Below are positions 60,201 to 64,000 of a stretch of 64,000 nucleotides of DNA, in pieces. Numbering within the stretch: the first letter of the stretch is position 1; every line of letters begins with the position of its first letter. A program made the translations under genes and the position numbers. Source of the stretch: Auanema rhodensis (taxonomy: Eukaryota > Animalia > Nematoda); assembly GCA_964057225.1 (NCBI GenBank), contig OZ059894.1, positions 12,524,001-12,588,000 on the forward strand, read 5' to 3'. Under the pieces are notes generated by a model that saw nothing but the letters and a program-made list of their open reading frames with translations, had not been told where the DNA came from and did no database searches.

Positions 60201-63200
60201 AATATTATAAAATATTTTCATGTTTTATTTCTTGAGTATCAAAATATTCAAACTTTTTTTTTTCACTGTTTAAAATCTTAATGAACGAATGAATTGTTTC
60301 AAAACTATTGTAAAAATATGAGATTGTTTCAAAATACGTGATTAAATGAAGGAAATGGAGTAAAATGAATTGGAAAATTATAAAATATTTTCATGTTTTA
60401 TTTCTTGAGTTTCAAAATATTCAAACTTTTTTTTTTCACTGTTCAAAATCTTAATGAACGAATGAATTGTTTCAAAACTATTGTAAAAATTTGAGATTGT
60501 TTCAAAATACGTGATTAAATGAAGAAAATGGAGTAAAATGAATTGGAAAATTATAAAATATTTCCATGTTTTATTTTTTTAGTATCAGAAAATTCCAATT
60601 AAGATCGTTTTTAATGTTTCAAATCTCAATGAACGAATGAATTGTTTCAAAACTATTGTAAAAATATGAGATTGTTTCAAAATACGTGATTAAATGAAGA
60701 AAATGGAGTAAAATGAATTGGAAAATTATAAAATATTTTCATGTTTTATTTCTTGAGTTTCAAAATATTCAAACTTTTTTTTTTCACTGTTTAAAATTTT
60801 AATGAACGAATGAATTGTTTCAAAACTATTGTAAAAATATGAGATTGTTTCAAAATACGTGATTAAATAAAGAAAATGGAATAAAATGAATTGGAAAATT
60901 ATAAAAAATTTCCATGTTTTATTTTCTTAGTATCAGAAAATTCAAATTAAGATCGTTTTTAATGTTTCAAATCTTAATGAACGAATGAATTGTTTCAAAA
61001 CTATTGTGAAAATATGAGATTGTTTCAAAATACGTGATTAAATGAAGAAAATGGAGTAAAATGAATTGGAAAATTATAAAATATTTTCATGTTTTATTTC
61101 TTGAATATCAAAATATTCAAAATTATATCTTTTTTACTGTTAAAAACATTATTAACTGGATGATTTGTTTCGAAATTATTGCAAAAATATGAGATTGTTT
61201 CAAAATACGTGATTAAATGAAGAAAATGGAGTAAAATGAATTGGAAAATTATAAAATATTTTCCTGTTTTATTTCTTGAGTTTCAAAATATTCAAACTTT
61301 TTTTTTTCACTGTTTAAAATCTTAATGAACGAATGAATTGTTTCAAAACTATTGTAAAAATATGAGATTGTTTCAAAATACGTGATTAAATGAAGAAAAT
61401 AGAGTAAAATGAATTGGAATATTATAAAATATTTTCATGTTTTATTTCTTGAGTATCAAAATATTCAAACTTTTTTTTTTCACTGTTTAAAATCTTAATG
61501 AACGAATGAATTGTTTCAAAACTATTGTAAAAATATGAGATTGTTTCAAAATACGTGATTAAATGAAGAAAATGGAGTAAAATGAATTGGAAAATTATAA
61601 AATATTTTCATGTTTTATTTCTTGAGTTTCAAAATATTCAAACTTTTTTTTTTCACTGTTTAAAATCTTAATGAACGAATGAATTGTTTCAAAACTATTG
61701 TAAAAATATGAGATTGTTTCAAAATACGTGATTAAATGAAGAAAATGGAGTAAAATGAATTGGAAAATTATAAAATATTTTCATGTTTTATTTCTTGAGT
61801 ATCAAAATAATTAAACTTTTTTTTTTCACTGTTTAAAATCTTACAGAACGAATGAATTGTTTCAAAACTATTGTAAAAATTTGAGATTGTTTCAAAATAC
61901 GTGATTAAATGAAGAAAATGGAGTAAAATGAATTGGAAAATTATAAAATATTTCCATGTTTTATTTTCTTAGTATCAGAAAATTCAAATTAAGATCGTTT
62001 TTAATGTTTCAAATCTTAATGAACGAATTAATTGTTTCAAAACTATTGTAAAAATATGAGATTGTTTCAAAATACGTGATTAAATGAAGAAAATAGAGTA
62101 AAATGAATTGGAATATTATAAAATATTTTCATGTTTTATTTCTTGAGTATCAAAATATTCAAACTTTTTTTTTTCACTGTTTAAAATCTTAATGAACGAA
62201 TGAATTGTTTCAAAACTATTGTAAAAATATGAGATTGTTTCAAAATACGTGATTAAATGAAGGAAATGGAGTAAAATGAATTGGAAAATTATAAAATATT
62301 TCCATGTTTTATTTTCTTAGTATCAGAAAATTCAAATTAAGATCGTTTTTAATGTTTCAAATCTTAATGAACGAATTAATTGTTTCAAAACTATTGTAAA
62401 AATATGAGATTGTTTCAAAATACGTGATTAAATGAAGAAAATAGAGTAAAATGAATTGGAATATTATAAAATATTTTCATGTTTTATTTCTTGAGTATCA
62501 AAATATTCAAACTTTTTTTTTTCACTGTTTAAAATCTTAATGAACGAATGAATTGTTTCAAAACTATTGTAAAAATATGAGATTGTTTCAAAATACGTGA
62601 TTAAATGAAGGAAATGGAGTAAAATGAATTGGAAAATTATAAAATATTTTCATGTTTTATTTCTTGAGTATCAAAATATTCAAACTTTTTTTTTTCACTG
62701 TTCAAAATCTTAATGAACGAATGAATTGTTTCAAAACTATTGTAAAAATTTGAGATTGTTTCAAAATACGTGATTAAATGAAGAAAATGGAGTAAAATGA
62801 ATTGGAAAATTATAAAATATTTCCATGTTTTATTTTTTTAGTATCAGAAAATTCCAATTAAGATCGTTTTTAATGTTTCAAATCTCAATGAACGAATGAA
62901 TTGTTTCAAAACTATTGTAAAAATATGAGATTGTTTCAAAATACGTGATTAAATGAAGAAAATGGAGTAAAATGAATTGGAAAATTATAAAATATTTTCA
63001 TGTTTTATTTCTTGAGTTTCAAAATATTCAAACTTTTTTTTTTCACTGTTTAAAATCTTAATGAACGAATGAATTGTTTCAAAACTATTGTAAAAATATG
63101 AGATTGTTTCAAAATACGTGATTAAATAAAGAAAATGGAATAAAATGAATTGGAAAATTATAAAAAATTTCCATGTTTTATTTTCTTAGTATCAGAAAAT

Positions 63201-64000
63201 TCAAATTAAGATCGTTTTTAATGTTTCAAATCTTAATAAACGAATGAATTGTTTCAAAACTATTGTGAAAATATGAGATTGTTTCAAAATACGTGATTAA
63301 ATGAAGAAAATGGAGTAAAATGAATTGGAAAATTATAAAATATTTTCATGTTTTATTTCTTGAGTATCAAAATATTCAAAATTATATCTTTTTTACTGTT
63401 AAAAACATTATTAACTGGATGATTTGTTTCGAAATTATTGCAAAAATATGAGATTGTTTCAAAATACGTGATTAAATGAAGAAAATGGAGTAAAATGAAT
63501 TGGAAAATTATAAAATATTTTCCTGTTTTATTTCTTGAGTTTCAAAATATTCAAACTTTTTTTTTTCACTGTTTAAAATCTTAATGAACGAATGAATTGT
63601 TTCAAAACTATTGTAAAAATATGAGATTGTTTCAAAATACGTGATTAAATGAAGAAAATAGAGTAAAATGAATTGGAATATTATAAAATATTTTCATGTT
63701 TTATTTCTTGAGTATCAAAATATTCAAACTTTTTTTTTTCACTGTTTAAAATCTTAATGAACGAATGAATTGTTTCAAAACTATTGTAAAAATATGAGAT
63801 TGTTTCAAAATACGTGATTAAATGAAGAAAATGGAGTAAAATGAATTGGAAAATTATAAAATATTTTCATGTTTTATTTCTTGAGTTTCAAAATATTCAA
63901 ACTTTTTTTTTTCACTGTTTAAAATCTTAATGAACGAATGAATTGTTTCAAAACTATTGTAAAAATATGAGATTGTTTCAAAATACGTGATTAAATGAAG
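51244..64000. repeat. Satellite 2: AT-rich tandem array of 173/175-bp monomers (~73 copies, subtypes A/B/C, truncated by window end)
   Basis: Anchor CGTGATTAAA at 51300, 51471, 51646, 51819, 51994, 52167, 52340, 52515 (spacings 171,175,173,175,173,173,175). Subtype A (173 bp) ends in CAAAC-T10-CACTG. Subtype B (175 bp) carries TTAAGATCGTTTTTAATG. Subtype C carries ATTATATCTTTTTTACTG...AACTGGATG. Confidence 0.98.
56281..62296. repeat. ~2.7-kb block duplication in satellite 2: ~56281-58995 repeated at ~59581-62296 (offset 3300 = 19 monomers)
   Basis: Lines 56281 onward and 59581 onward are near-identical, including ATTCCCATG, GAGTTAAATG, TTTACATG and subtype C at 57856/61156. About 6 differences seen by eye. 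Confidence 0.85.

Noticed and set aside
1-64000. CRISPR array or variable-cassette diversity system
   Set aside because: Units are 174-230 bp, variable segments are a few related alleles rather than unique spacers, and there are no cas, recombinase or reverse transcriptase genes.
1-64000. CENP-B box (NTTCGNNNNANNCGGGN)
   Set aside because: TTCG occurs on both strands, but I did not see it followed by the CGGG half.
1-64000. Tandem 5S rRNA/tRNA/snRNA/spliced-leader gene array, or telomeric repeat
   Set aside because: No recognisable 5S or tRNA sequence, Pol III boxes or telomere motif, and composition is very AT-rich. An Rfam/Infernal search of both consensus monomers would be the formal test.
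1-64000. Assignment to a named satellite family or organism
   Set aside because: I do not recognise either monomer; this needs BLAST or Repbase/Dfam/PlantSat searches.

Overview
The whole 64-kb window is non-coding tandem satellite DNA, typical of eukaryotic centromeric, pericentromeric or other heterochromatin. I cannot identify the organism or name either family. Two arrays abut with no spacer. Satellite 1 (1 to ~51243) has a 230-bp monomer (variants 229-237 bp, two of 282 bp), ~33% GC by hand count of one monomer, ~220 head-to-tail copies in one orientation. Satellite 2 (~51244-64000) has a 173/175-bp monomer, ~20% GC, ~73 copies in three subtypes. I found no supportable genes, RNA genes, transposon ORFs or CRISPR array; the supplied short ORFs are chance read-throughs of single monomers. 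I do not see a new gene system. The noteworthy signals are structural. (1) Each 230-bp monomer has an inverted repeat whose 10-bp perfect core bounds 147 bp, with a conserved CpG hairpin/palindrome near its dyad. (2) The satellite 1/2 junction and a 52-bp internal duplication both break at the CATCATTTA motif beside that dyad. (3) Relic and divergent monomers, higher-order repeats and multi-kb duplications give a layered expansion history. Coordinates of duplicated blocks were traced by eye from diagnostic SNPs/indels and are approximate.
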